From positions 12,462,001-12,526,000 of the forward strand of contig OZ024743.1 in assembly GCA_964016885.1 (NCBI GenBank): a stretch of DNA of 64,000 nucleotides, given 5' to 3'. A model generated the notes under the pieces. It was not told where the DNA came from, made no database searches, and saw only the letters and a list, made by a program, of their open reading frames with translations. The position numbers and the translations under genes are program-made. The DNA comes from Eledone cirrhosa. Its lineage: Eukaryota. Of the stretch, positions 52,378 through 64,000 are shown in pieces (position 1 is the stretch's first letter; the number at the start of each line of letters is the position of its first letter).

Positions 52378-55369
52378 TGCTAGACTATCAACATTTGACG
52401 GTGAACCATTCGATCAATTTTGTTGATCCAGTAACATTTGCCACAACGAATCACATAGAATGCTTGTGGAAACACGTAAAAAATAGGAATAAAAGGGAAA
52501 ACGGGACAGCCAGAAATTTGCTTCAAACCCATCTCATTGAATTCATGTGGCGGTATGAATTTAAAGGAGAAATTTTCCAAAAGTTATTAGAACATATCCG
52601 TCATCTGATTCCATGCATTTGAATAAGGTTGGTGAAAAAAATGTTTCTAAACATGCTTTTGAATAAGGTTGGTGAATAATGAAAATATAAATGAATAAGT
52701 CAAATTTATTTGATAACCATGACTTGTTTTCTAATTAATTTAAATTTGTTTTCTAATTTGGCCCTTTTAAGGCCACCTATATTTTCATTTAAGTAACTCC
52801 ACTTACATCGATATGCTTTATAACCATGGCTTGTTTTCTATTTGTTTTCTAATTTGGCCCTTTTAAATCTTCCCTCTCTCCTCTTCCCTCTCTCTCTCGC
52901 TCATTACATAAGTTCAAATTTCGTATAGGGTTTCAAATTTCACGAATAGTGAGGGTTAAACAGCCGCCCGCAGTAATACAATTGATTGCGAAAGTTGTAA
53001 TAGTGGTAGGAGTATTTTGGCTATCAGCTAATAATTAGAATTTATAGTTTTAGTCTGGGTAGGCACTACCTATCTTATATACAGCACGTCCTTTTCACCC
53101 AAACTTAAAAGTAGGGCACGCCCTTTACATATACATGTTGCTGTTTGGTCATATTATTATGTTTCACAATAGTATTCTAGTAATCTCAAAACGCCGGTTG
53201 TTTTCAGACAAATATGTTACCAATTAACACAGATTTTAAAAATTCAATTTGCAAGTAGGATAGTAAAAATAGGTAAAAGTTTTCTAAAATTAAACATGTA
53301 ACCCTCTAGTGTCATCTAAATACCAATGTTGAACTTTTGTCCCTTTTAAAAGAATTCAAAAAAATTAAAAATTAAAAGAAACATACATACACGCACGCAA
53401 GTATGCAAACACACATGCATGCATCCATCCACTCATACATACATACATACATGCACATAGGCTTGCATACATATATCCATCCACTCACACACTCTTTTTT
53501 AAAATCTTATTTATCATTCCATTTTGCTGTTGTCACTCATTGGCTTTTCTCTTGATCAGTGTAGAAAAGTTCAAGACAAACTTACCTTTGGTTCAAGTGT
53601 CCAGTGAAACTTCGTTTCTCGATCTTTGCTGTGTTGTCGTAAACTGGTTAAGCCACAAACTATGCAATATTTTGCGAAATGCTTGTTTATATATATTTGC
53701 TTCAGAGTTATCTTCCCTACATACTCACACACACATACACAATGTTAGCATGATTCCATCTATTTATCTGCTTGCCCACCAACCTACCTCCTCCTTAAGT
53801 ACCTACACTTCTTTCCTACCCACTTCCCTCTTATCTATCTGACAAATTGTCTGGCGTTTCTAAGTATATGTATACGTATATATATCCATATGTATGTATA
53901 CATTTGTGCGTGAGAATATGTACGTTTGTAAATTTAACATGCTGCACACAGGAATAGGCTAGGTCTGTGAAGATTAACCGGTTGGTCTTAAAGTTACAGC
54001 TCAGCCGTGTCATTGTTAAAACTTCCTTCTTTAGAAAGTTCTCAAAATGCGTGCATAGAAGCACCTTAGCTGGATTACGGCCAGGGTATGTTCACTGCTG
54101 ATTATGGTGATGGTGTTCAAAAAGAGGATGTCAGTGAGAAACTGGACAAACGTGTGCGTGTGTGTATATGTATATGTGCGTTGGGGGAGTAGGTAACAAG
54201 ACTCATGAACCTCAACACAATTCGTCTAATCGGGGCAGTTATTCACTGATATTGCTCAACAACTAATTAGAAATTTGATGGGGCTATGTCTGAAGTCTGC
54301 GAAATAAATAGGCAGAAAAAATTAATAGTAAATATACCCTATGACGAAAATATGTATATATTTACCGTACCGTAAACCTTCTGGGTCATCTTGATGTTTC
54401 TGCAGCAACTCACTTCTTCAGATGATTTTTTGAAAGGGACAGTCTCTCGTGAAACCTTATAGAAATGCTTTTGCTGTCTTGTCCGCGAAGATAAAGGGGG
54501 GGGGGGGGGGGGGGGGGGGCTGCTCCAACATCGCCGCGCCCTAGGCCTAAAGCCCATCACCCCCTCCCATTCTTCTGTGACACTAGAACCCTTGCCCTCC
54601 CCTACATTTTCCATGTTTAAATATCTGTAGTGTTGCTGTAATTATACATATTTATTTCATAAATAACATTACAAATCGTTTGCAATATTTTCAGAATGAA
54701 AATATAAACAGAGCATATAAATAGATTTACAGTAGAATAACAACAAATATGTTTTAAAAGAATATATCTTTCTGAATGAATCGCGAGCTATTTATAATGT
54801 TATCGAAACATTTGTAATGTTATTTATGTATTAAAAACATATCTGTTATGTTATTCTGCTGTAATTTGAGATAGATTTGTTTACGATTTAAAAATTTTTT
54901 TATTAATAAAAGTTTAGGCAAAAAAAAAACTAGTAGTCAGTCACTATATACGGTTTATAGTTTTCCTTACACCAGTGGTTCCCAAACCGTGTGCTGCGCC
55001 GCTAGATGTAACTAGATGCTATTTGAAGACTAAGATTAAGTTTTAAGATATGAAAAATACAAACTGAAACTCGTATGAAAGTTCATATATAGCTGTCAAA
55101 GTGGCAAACAAGTAAAGTTTAGTAACAAGGTTTGCGAAAAATAGCACAATATGTCAACTCTTGTTAAAAATGAGAAGTAGTTTGTTTATTTTGACTATTT
55201 ATGTTAGATGTTATTAAAATTTGTGTTTTAAATTTCATAAAAATATATAACTATGTTATGCTATGTATAAAAAAACTCTTATGAATAAATTTTCGAATTT
55301 ATAGTACAAATTGTGCCAACATATTTTTACTTTTTCAAAAATGTGCCGTGAGCACAGAAAGTTTCCTCT

Positions 55370-56620
55370 CGTTTCTCTTCACGCACAACGTGAAATCTAG
55401 CTCCCTCACGTCTTCTCTCAAGCATCCGTTCCAGCTGTTTAAGACCACCCCAACTTTTTCTCACGTCAGTTTGAAATCGAGCTCGGTGCTTATCAACAGG
55501 GAACCGATAAACCTTAAACGTGCTGTTAATGCTAAATTCAGCGAATTTGACATTAAAGGGGCTGTCCGTCCCCTCTCTTCTCTGTCTTCCCTCGCACCGT
55601 GTAACTGATTGTCTCGAGCGACTGAAAGAGAAGCACCCGTTACCCCCGCTTCCCGGATGATCAGTTACATTGACCCGAACCACCAGAATACTGGAGGCCG
55701 TTCTACACCACTGATAATATTAGAAAAGCGATTGCATCACAACCAGCGTGGATTGAAGGTAGCTTTCTCCTCGTGCCCACTTCTAAATATACTCTTTTTC
55801 CAAAGAGATGCAGTTCTTTTGGACATAATGTAGCCCCTGGCACGTTTTGGACTGTACGTTCGCCTTGTCTAAAGATTCAACATTGCGGGTTATACGGGGG
55901 GATGACTTCATGTATGTTCCTATCGCTAGGTGACTTTTGTACTAGTGTGTTTAGTGTCAGAGTTGGTATTTATATTGTCACCTAACAAACCACTAAAAAC
56001 ACTGAAAAAGTTAGTGTGTTTCAGAAAAATATAATCTTTATATATTACTCATTGACGGTATCATGAAAGTTCGGCCTGTACCCACTGTCTTGCCACCAGA
56101 GCCCAGGACGGTTCCCCGACATGCCGCTCTCAACGACATATTGAGAAGGAGCCTGGAAGCAACTGGCTTCCCATCATAACTAGAGCCAGAAGGCCTCGAC
56201 CGCGGAGACGGCAAACACCCCGACGGAATTACCCTCTTCCCATTCGAGGGAGGAAGATCCTTCATCTGGGATGCCACGTGTTGTGACACGTTCTCCGTCT
56301 CCAGCTTAATCGCTTCGACCACAAACACCGGTACCGCCGCCCGCAATGCAGAGGAAAGGAAGACAAACAAATACTGGGGATTGTCCAGGCGCTTCCTCTT
56401 TGCACCAGTCGCCGTCGATACCCCAAGCGTACTCGGACCCGTACTGCCGAGCCCCTCGGAACGTCAACAGCCCATCTGAGGAAGGAGCCAGCAGATGTTG
56501 CTGACCATTGTCCGCGGGACGCAGCCCTAGGCCCAGAATCCATCACCCTTCCCATTCCTCTGTGTCTCTTGAGCCCTCACCTTTCCCATTTCTAAATATC
56601 TGTAGTGTTTTTCTAATTAT
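55370..56620 (+). mobile_element. CRE-clade non-LTR retrotransposon fragments (internally deleted)
   Basis: KFSEFDIKGAVRPLSS...LERLKEKHP near 55530-55640; RLE domain RHAALNDIL...LEPEGLDRGDGKHPDG...IWDATC.DT...AEERKTNKY at 56110-56450; related 3' end also at 54530-54650. Confidence 0.82.
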
Positions 56621-56919
56621 TTTATAATCATTCATTCACGTAGTTACTCATATAATAATTTGAATGGTGAACCAAAACTATTTTCCATTTTACTATTTTC
56701 TTCACTCGACAAGTGCCTGTGCGTTGTTGTTTATTGCTGCTATTATATTTATTGTGTCATAAAAATTAACATCTTCTGAAACTATATCGTGACTCACAGT
56801 CGAATATACCTTTTTTGTTGTTGTTCAATGTCATTTTTTTCTGTTTGTTTTATTGCTTTTTAAACGCATTGTGTGGTTTGTGTTGATGCAGCGTCTCTAA
56901 TATTATTCTACCCCCCCCC

Positions 56920-56954
<35 letters not shown>

Positions 56955-58050
56955 CACCAGATAAAAAAATGCGTACAGCAAAAAAAAGTAATATTGTTGG
57001 AATATAAACCTTTAAAAATACAGGACAAGAAACTAAAATAAAACTTTAAAAGAATAGGACAAGAAACTAAGATAAAACTTTAAAAGAATAGGACAAGAAA
57101 CTAAGATAAAACTTTAAAGAATTGGACAAGAAATAAAAAGTTTTACAATAATATTAGTGGCAAAATTTTTATTGGTAAAAAATCGAGTTCCACATTCATA
57201 GGCTCTGGGTTCCACATTCAGAGGTCGTCGTCAGACCGGGGATCATTTGATCCTGGTTTGAACACCAATTGGGCCATAACCATACCCCTATTTCATCATT
57301 CGGCGACACGCCTCATGTGTCATGCATAATGTGAATGGACCCATGGGCCCATGAGCACAGATCTTGAGCAGCAGCGGACTGTCTTGTCGTCCCGCTCATC
57401 CCTGATCTTGACCAACCCATCCATCTTCTCCTTGCATCTTGTCCTTGAGTTCAAGTCCGGCAGTCCAGATGAATGCGTGCCACAGCTTTCTGGTACAGGA
57501 AGGGGGAGCAGGAGGACTGGAGGGATGACGGGACAGAGGGAGGGAGGACCGGTGGTTGAGGGAGGTGCCGTAGTCGGTGGTCAGAGTCGACATCTTGTCC
57601 TGGTCGTCTTCTCCATCTTCGTCTGGTGTTGCGGGACCAGAAGTGCATTCTTGGAGGAGACCTGAAGCTGCATCGGCCAATTCTTCTTGCAATGGTCATT
57701 CAGACGGAGCAGAACTGCTCAGCCAACCAACCCCAACCAGAACCAACCGCTCAGGGGCAACGCACAATGAGAGCATGACAATTATTATGCACTAATCAAG
57801 AAGATACTGGGGCATAGCACAGGAAACGAATAAAAAAATTTTGCCACTAATATTATTGTAAAATTTTTTATTTCTTGTCCAATTCTTTAAAGTTTTATCT
57901 TAGTTTCTTGTCCTATTCTTTTAAAGTTTTATCTTAGTTTCTTGTCCTATTCTTTTAAAGTTTTATTTTAGTTTCTTGTCCTGTATTTTTAAAGGTTTAT
58001 ATTCCAACAATATTACTTTTTTTTTGCTGTACGCATTTTTTTATCTGGTC
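56955..58050. mobile_element. Fold-back DNA element: about 215-bp TIRs with internal 31-bp subrepeats around a GC-rich 650-bp core
   Basis: 56955-57172 is the reverse complement of 57829-58050; TA flanks. Confidence 0.85.
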
Positions 58051-58322
58051 TACTATTTTTTAAGGCAATGCAAGCAACAACTATCTAATAATTAAATGAT
58101 CATAGTGAATTACTGACAAGTGATTGACATTTTAAAGTTCTTTTGAGTATAATTGCAATCTAGTTGAGGCAACTGGCTTAATGACAAAGCTAGTAAATCA
58201 TGAATGCATTTGAGATGATTAGTGCATAATAGTGAATTGGTGAAACTTGTGCATTTCAATGGTGTTACAACAATAGATGTAAGTTATATAGTAGTAATAC
58301 TTTATCATTTTAACTTTTTAGA

Positions 58323-58682
58323 ATGGACAAAAACCCATGCAAAGAAATGACTTTGACTGCAGTGATTCTCTCCAATTTACTTACAAAGCAAAACGTGGTC
58401 AAATACCTTATCATCTCTGATAAAATGCCCATTGAATCACTGAAAATCGGATGCATGGAATTCCTCATAAAATGCACCTATGAATCGGAAGCCATCACAT
58501 ATATCAATGGATATAGGGAGTTGTTCACACTGGAAGACCATCACTTCATTTGTGACTTCATCAGTTATCTCCACGATTATCTCAGACACCCAATGCCATT
58601 GATGAGAGGTGATCCAATGTGTGAGCATGTAACTAATCTTATAGAAGTTGTTATCGACCACCTGGCTTTTAGTGACATTTGA
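58323..58682 (+). CDS. 119-aa ORF with BACK/SPOP-C-like helical motif
   Basis: LTKQNVVKYLIISDKMPIESLKIGCMEFL resembles the segment following BTB domains; preceded by a tttttag acceptor. Confidence 0.45.
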   Translation: MDKNPCKEMTLTAVILSNLLTKQNVVKYLIISDKMPIESLKIGCMEFLIKCTYESEAITYINGYRELFTLEDHHFICDFISYLHDYLRHPMPLMRGDPMCEHVTNLIEVVIDHLAFSDI

Positions 58683-58862
58683 CTGATTTGACTGATAATG
58701 ATGTATTTTAAAAAAGTATGTGTACATTCTTGTTACTATTTTAAGGCAATGCAAGCAACAACTATTTAATAAAATTTAAATTTAAAAATGACCATTGTGC
58801 ATTACTAGTATGATGACATTTTATTAAGTCACAAAATTAGTCAGTCAGCCATAGAACAAGGA

Positions 58863-59632
58863 TCATGTGGCAAAAATGTGTGTCAATTTAAGATTTCCAA
58901 CATTGTTCAAATGAATCATATCTGGTTTGAAGTCAGATTTGTCAAATTTTGACCAATTTTCAATGTTGTGAAGATTGGGCAAGTTCAATTTTTGAATCAT
59001 TTCTTTCATGCAGTAATTAAACTTTTCCAAACGAGAATTTCTCTTGCCCAAGTCATTTTTATTTTCAATTACACTTTGTGGACGTGGAATGACACCACTG
59101 TAGAAAATGGGTGTACAGTGGTGCTTTTCCGCTATTTTCTGTAGCATTGCAAAGAGACTCTTCCCCTGTTTTTCCGGTTTTGTGCCTCGAATGGGCACTT
59201 TGTCCTTAATTTACAAATAAATGATTAATAAAAAATACTTGTATTACTTTGCACAGCTTTGTAGTGCCAACGGTGCGACGAGGATTCAGATCATTAGAGC
59301 CGAAATGAACCACCAATACTTTCACAAAAGGACAACAGATAACAATGTTGGCGATTAACATTACCTGGCCCTGACGGGCCCCAGGTATACAAAATATCTA
59401 AGTATTTTTGTTGGTATGATAAGTAAATACATTTGAATTAATATTTTTATACCTTCTGGTCATTCGATTTCGCCACATTTCTAATTATGGATTTGTAAAA
59501 ACTGGCATGAATGTGAATTTGATCAGTCCAATTGCCCGATTTTAGTGAAAAGTTTTGATTCGAAATGGAAATACTCCATTTCCATGCCATGAAAAAAATG
59601 AATAAGCCGATCAAAAAGCCGCGAAACATCAT
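58863..59632 (-). CDS. SGNH/GDSL hydrolase-fold protein, 223 aa, 3 exons, hydrophobic N-terminus
   Basis: Exons 59453-59632, 59248-59397, 58863-59204 joined by 55- and 43-nt GT-AG phase-0 introns; blocks YKSIIRNV, CIPGAR, VVHFGSND, SGVIPR, DMIHLN..G..KL. Confidence 0.72.
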
Positions 59633-60186
59633 TTTTAATTAAGCGAAATTAGTGGATGCAAATCTCAGAAAATATTGTACACTATTCGCACCTATCGGTA
59701 CAAAAATATAGCGCACTATTCGCACCTATCGGTACAAAAAATCGTACGACTGTTAATAATACTAGAAGTGCAAACTATCTGTTGAATACCTGGTATATGA
59801 AGAGCAACCGATACGATTGGTTGGCGATCGGTCTTGAAGAAGAATGAAGAATGAAGTGAAATTTTGGTCTGGTTGTTGTCATCGGTGTTTCGCAGAGATG
59901 CCGGCACGAACAAAGGTGTCAGTGACACAAAGTTGTTCGCTTGAACAAAGGTGTCGGTCCGACAAAGGTGTCAGTCAGACAGACAGTCAGACAGTGTCAC
60001 AGTCGCTGCGACAAAGCGATCGATGCGATTAAAAAAAATGTAACTCACATGTTTACCTATATTTTCGCAAACTATTGATAGATTGGTACAAAAAATAGCT
60101 TTGATAATAAACATAAATTTTTAACGAATTATTTAAAAAGCATTTTAGCAGTGAAAAGTGAATTAATGTTTCACACTGACGCAAGT

Positions 60187-60313
60187 AGGGCCGTTCAGAA
60201 ATGACGTAGTCAATTAGGAGGAGGGGATTCGGCGATTTGACTACATTTGACTAACGTAATCACAATCACAAGAGTTCCGCCGAAAAAAATTCGTCATTTC
60301 TGAATTACCTCCC
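60187..60313. mobile_element. PIF/Harbinger-like MITE
   Basis: Imperfect TIRs ggccgttcagaaatgacg / cgtcatttctgaattacc. Confidence 0.55.
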
Positions 60314-60680
60314 CTAGCGTCACGCTTACTACTCACTCACTTGAACACAAGATTTATCAGCAAACTTTGATTATAAACTTTTTCCCGCTGGACCAAATTT
60401 CTAGATTTTTAAGCCAAAAGATGCGTAATGATCTACTGTTCATGCTCATATAAGTTTTATCTCAGTTAAATAAAGTAGAGTCGCGCTGTACTCTCGTAAA
60501 CAGACGATTGCCAATGAAAACACGACCACAATATTACTAAACGGACTACCGTCCGTTTAGGATATATATATATATATATGTGTGTGTGTGTATGTAAAAG
60601 GTAAACAGAAATAACAACACAATCGGTACAGTGTATGGAAGGTATATATTAGGTAAACGCTTGATATAGCAGGAAGAGGG

Positions 60681-60716
60681 TCTTAACGTTTCGGACGCTA
60701 GTCCTTCATCAGAAGA
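60681..60716 (-). ncRNA. Minimal (Penelope-type) type I hammerhead ribozyme
   Basis: ucuu-CUGAUGA-a-ggac uagc gucc-GAAAC GUU^aaga; palindromic AACGUU stem III; adjacent EW..YLKTF.P resembles the Penelope ORF end. Confidence 0.82.
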
Positions 60717-62699
60717 AAGAATGATAAATAAAATAGATTGAGGGGACGGGCGGGATGGAATTGGAAAAAATGTCTTTAGATAAAAGTAACAGGTCCATTC
60801 AACTTGTAACAATCACTTGAGAAAGTCCCATATGTTTGCGATAACCGACTGGAGAAATGAGTGGAACGTGTAGCTTTTCGGTGCAGTATTTAATGTTATG
60901 ACGAAGCAGAAACATACGAACTAGTGGGGCTACAAATAATGGTCTCTGATTTAGGCACAAGGCCAACAATTTTGGGGCAAGGGAAAGTCGATTAAATCGA
61001 CCTCAGAGCATTACTGGTACTTTATTTTATCGACCCAGTAATGATGAAAGGCAAAACTAACATAGGAGGAATTTGAACTCGGAATGTAAAGGGCCATAAC
61101 TCTATGCCGCAAAGCACGTTGTCCGACGCTTTACCGATTCTGCCAATCCACCACCCTCGGTGCAATAAATAATAAATGTTATTATATATAATATAACAAT
61201 CCAATCTAGAAAGGAGACCTTGAAATTTCCCTAAACATAGACGAATATAAAATAGACACACCCAGAAGATTCCTAATAAATGCTTTCTTATAGAAAAGCA
61301 GATGAAGTGCTGCTATTTATATACAAACATTCCAGCTAATCAGTCAGAAAACATAAGATGGAGAATCTCCATTATATAATCTGACAAAATCATATTTGAA
61401 CAATGAAGCCTAAAGGGCAAATAAGTTCAAAGAAAAATGAGAAAACATACCCCAAAACCACACAAACAACACCCTCTCTCCGGAAAATATCATATTCCAA
61501 CTTACCTTTCATCATAAACATAGCAACAAATGAAGAAAAAAACAAAACAAAAATAATGTGCTAATGCTAATCACCAGATATTTTCTAACTGACTGTAGAT
61601 ATCACAAGCTAGTCAATAGGAGCAATATAAAAGTTAGCTACACTTGCACAAGAAACAATAAATCATACCATACAAGTTATTAACAACTATATATCTTAAA
61701 ATGTACAGCCTACTGTCGAAAACAGATGCAACCAACATTTCTAAGCTACATCCGTTAAAGTGAAAGAGAATGAGAGAGGTAGAGTTAGAGTGTGGAAGAA
61801 AACTAGAGAAATAGGGATACATGTATGTAAATATGCCTTACAAGAGTAATAAGATCACATGTACATCTGAATTCATATCTAAACACACACAAATATTTAA
61901 TAAGTCTATATGAATACACATATACACACACACAAGCACTTAAGTCTGCTTACGACCATGTAATGTATTTCTATGAATTTATATGCACATTAACATACAC
62001 AGACACACATGCTCACACAAACACAAGTGCAAACACATTATGTATATATATGTGAATTTATATACATCTACACATACATAAACACAGAGCTGTGTGGAAA
62101 ACGTATGTTTGTGTGTTTGTGAATGAGAGAAAGAAAAGAATTGAAGAGAGAAAGAATAAGATAAGAATAAGAGAAAGATGGCAATGTTCTTATTTTGAAG
62201 GCAAATGTTAAATGTAAATGTTAAATGTTAAATGTTAAATTAGAACTCATCCTCAGCTGCTCCACTCCTTTCAGTCTTTATCCACCTCCTTCCTAGAATC
62301 CTCCTCATTCATCTCAGGCTGACATGAAGTCATGGATGAGAATGTTTTAATTCATGGATGAGAATGTTTTAATTTAGAACAAAAACAAATTTGTGTTTTG
62401 TCATTTCAAAAAAAGAAATCATACTCAACCATTCCACTCTCACTCTCCTAAACCCTTTTGTCTTTTGTCATCTTCTTTCTGGAATCCTTTTTGTTTGCGG
62501 CAAGAGTAGCTTGATGTCAGAATTTTTTTGTTCATTCATTATTTTGGGATGGATCTGGATCTCTGTGCCAGATGTCTCGAAGATTCACTGAGCTTTCTTA
62601 ATGAATCACAATGGCGACTTTGTTTCAACACAAAGAAACAAGAGTTTTACACTTTATATATAGATAATAGTTGTGAGAGTAGGTTATGTTTCTGATAAT

Positions 62700-63340
62700 G
62701 TGAGAGTGTAATATATCTTCAAGAACACAACTTCTTTGCTCCATTCAGTGGATCAAAGTGTGATAGCTAACTTTAAGTCATATTATCGAAGAATTTTGGA
62801 ACAACACATAAAAGCAAATTGTTCATTTAGAAACTTCCGTAAAATTTAAAACTTACGGATACTTTGTAGATGATGGGATGAAGTTAAAACCCCCAGTTAT
62901 GAATGGTGTTTTGGAAAACATGGCGAGACTGCATCCATAACTTGAAAAGTTTTTCACTTGAAGAATGTCTAAATCAAACCCAGCAAGATGTGACACCAGC
63001 AAATGATGTAAGGTTTGAAGAAGTCATAGAAGATGATTTGGTTGAATTACTAGAATCCAAAGAGAAAGTTTGTCTAACAAGGAACTGATGTTGTTGGAAT
63101 GAGTGAGCTGCATGGCAAGAAGATATAGAAGACCCATCCATTCTACTTAAATTGAGTACAAAGAATATTGCAAGAGGATTAGTACTTATTGATGAAAGTC
63201 TTTAGGTTTTTGATAAGAATTCTAATTGTGAAAGTACAACAAATTACAAGAGAAGTTTATGAGCTCAGTTCCTACACTGAGCTGTACAAAGAGGTGATGT
63301 TTGGTAAATATCAAACAACTTTGGATAAGTTCTTCAAGCA
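62700..63340 (+). mobile_element. Tigger/pogo DDE transposase relic
   Basis: NTTSLLHSVDQSVIANFKSYY motif, W..VK...NGV.W, multiple stops. Confidence 0.75.
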
Positions 63341-64000
63341 GATGATGATGATGATGTATTAGTACTAGTACTCTACATCATCTCCCTTCACAAGAGAGAA
63401 TCTACCCTATTACAATCTTACCATTTTTATTTATTCCCTAATGTACTTTATTTTATTCTGAAACGTTTTTAATTAAATATGCTGTACTATGTCTGTATAA
63501 AAGGTGTTTATTTTCATTAATTGTATTACTTAAGGGTGGTGAATTGGCAGAATCGGTTGAGTCTTGGACACCATGCTTCACAGTTTTATCCTTACAGGGT
63601 CGATAAAATAAAGTACCAGTAATGCACTGGGGTCAATTTAATCGACTTTCCCTCTCCCCCAAATTGCTGGCCTTTTTCCTAAATAAGAAACCGTTACTTG
63701 TATTACTTATTTCTTTTATTTAATTTTTGTTTGTTTGACCCCCCCTCCCCCCAGAAAATCCTGGGCAGAAGTGGTTAGAGCTGATGATGAAGGAATGTTA
63801 CAAGTTGAGGGAGGCTATGCTGGAAAATATACACCCAACCCATACAAGCATAGAAAAGCAGATGTATGATGATGATTTTATATATATATATATATATACA
63901 TACATATACATGAAAGGAAATGAAACTAGCATAATTAATAGAATTAATTCATGTGAAATAAATATATATACTTAGCAATAAAAAATATGTGTACATGTGT

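Larger units (their letters stand above)
48724..52875 (+). mobile_element. Merlin (IS1595/ISXO2-like DDE) transposon, degenerate, interrupted
   Basis: Transposase pieces 49084-49747 and 52386-52622: CxxC...CxxxC, IVEIDES, IISDLW, TVNHS.NFVDP, NHIECLW, EFMWR; inverted repeats 48801-48852 and 52753-52803; outer limits approximate. Confidence 0.88.

Overview
AT-rich, repeat-dense animal genomic DNA with spliceosomal introns. The tRNA/CORE-type SINEs, RTE/CR1/R4/Tx1/CRE LINE relics and microsatellites point to a coleoid cephalopod such as an octopus (inference). Three minus-strand genes can be built exon by exon with GT-AG boundaries and consistent phases: the 5' part of TEP1 (TROVE domain, 14 exons, 2737-25968, running off the left edge), a complete 80-aa LSM6, and a complete 225-aa dienelactone-hydrolase (Usf-like) gene. 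The 5'UTR intron of that last gene holds a Merlin transposon interrupted by a hAT/Buster element. Features not explained by ordinary annotation: (1) four long multi-branched RNA-like folds between TEP1 and the region upstream of LSM6 (about 30.9, 32.1, 34.8 and 41.85-42.35 kb), three starting just after splice donors of micro-exons; (2) three type-I hammerhead ribozyme loci, one duplicated in a 338-bp palindrome and one in a retrozyme-like repeat; (3) a compact module at 57-60 kb with a fold-back element, a BACK-like ORF and an intact SGNH-hydrolase gene with 43- and 55-nt introns and a signal-peptide-like N-terminus. All calls were made by eye; no database search or folding program was run.
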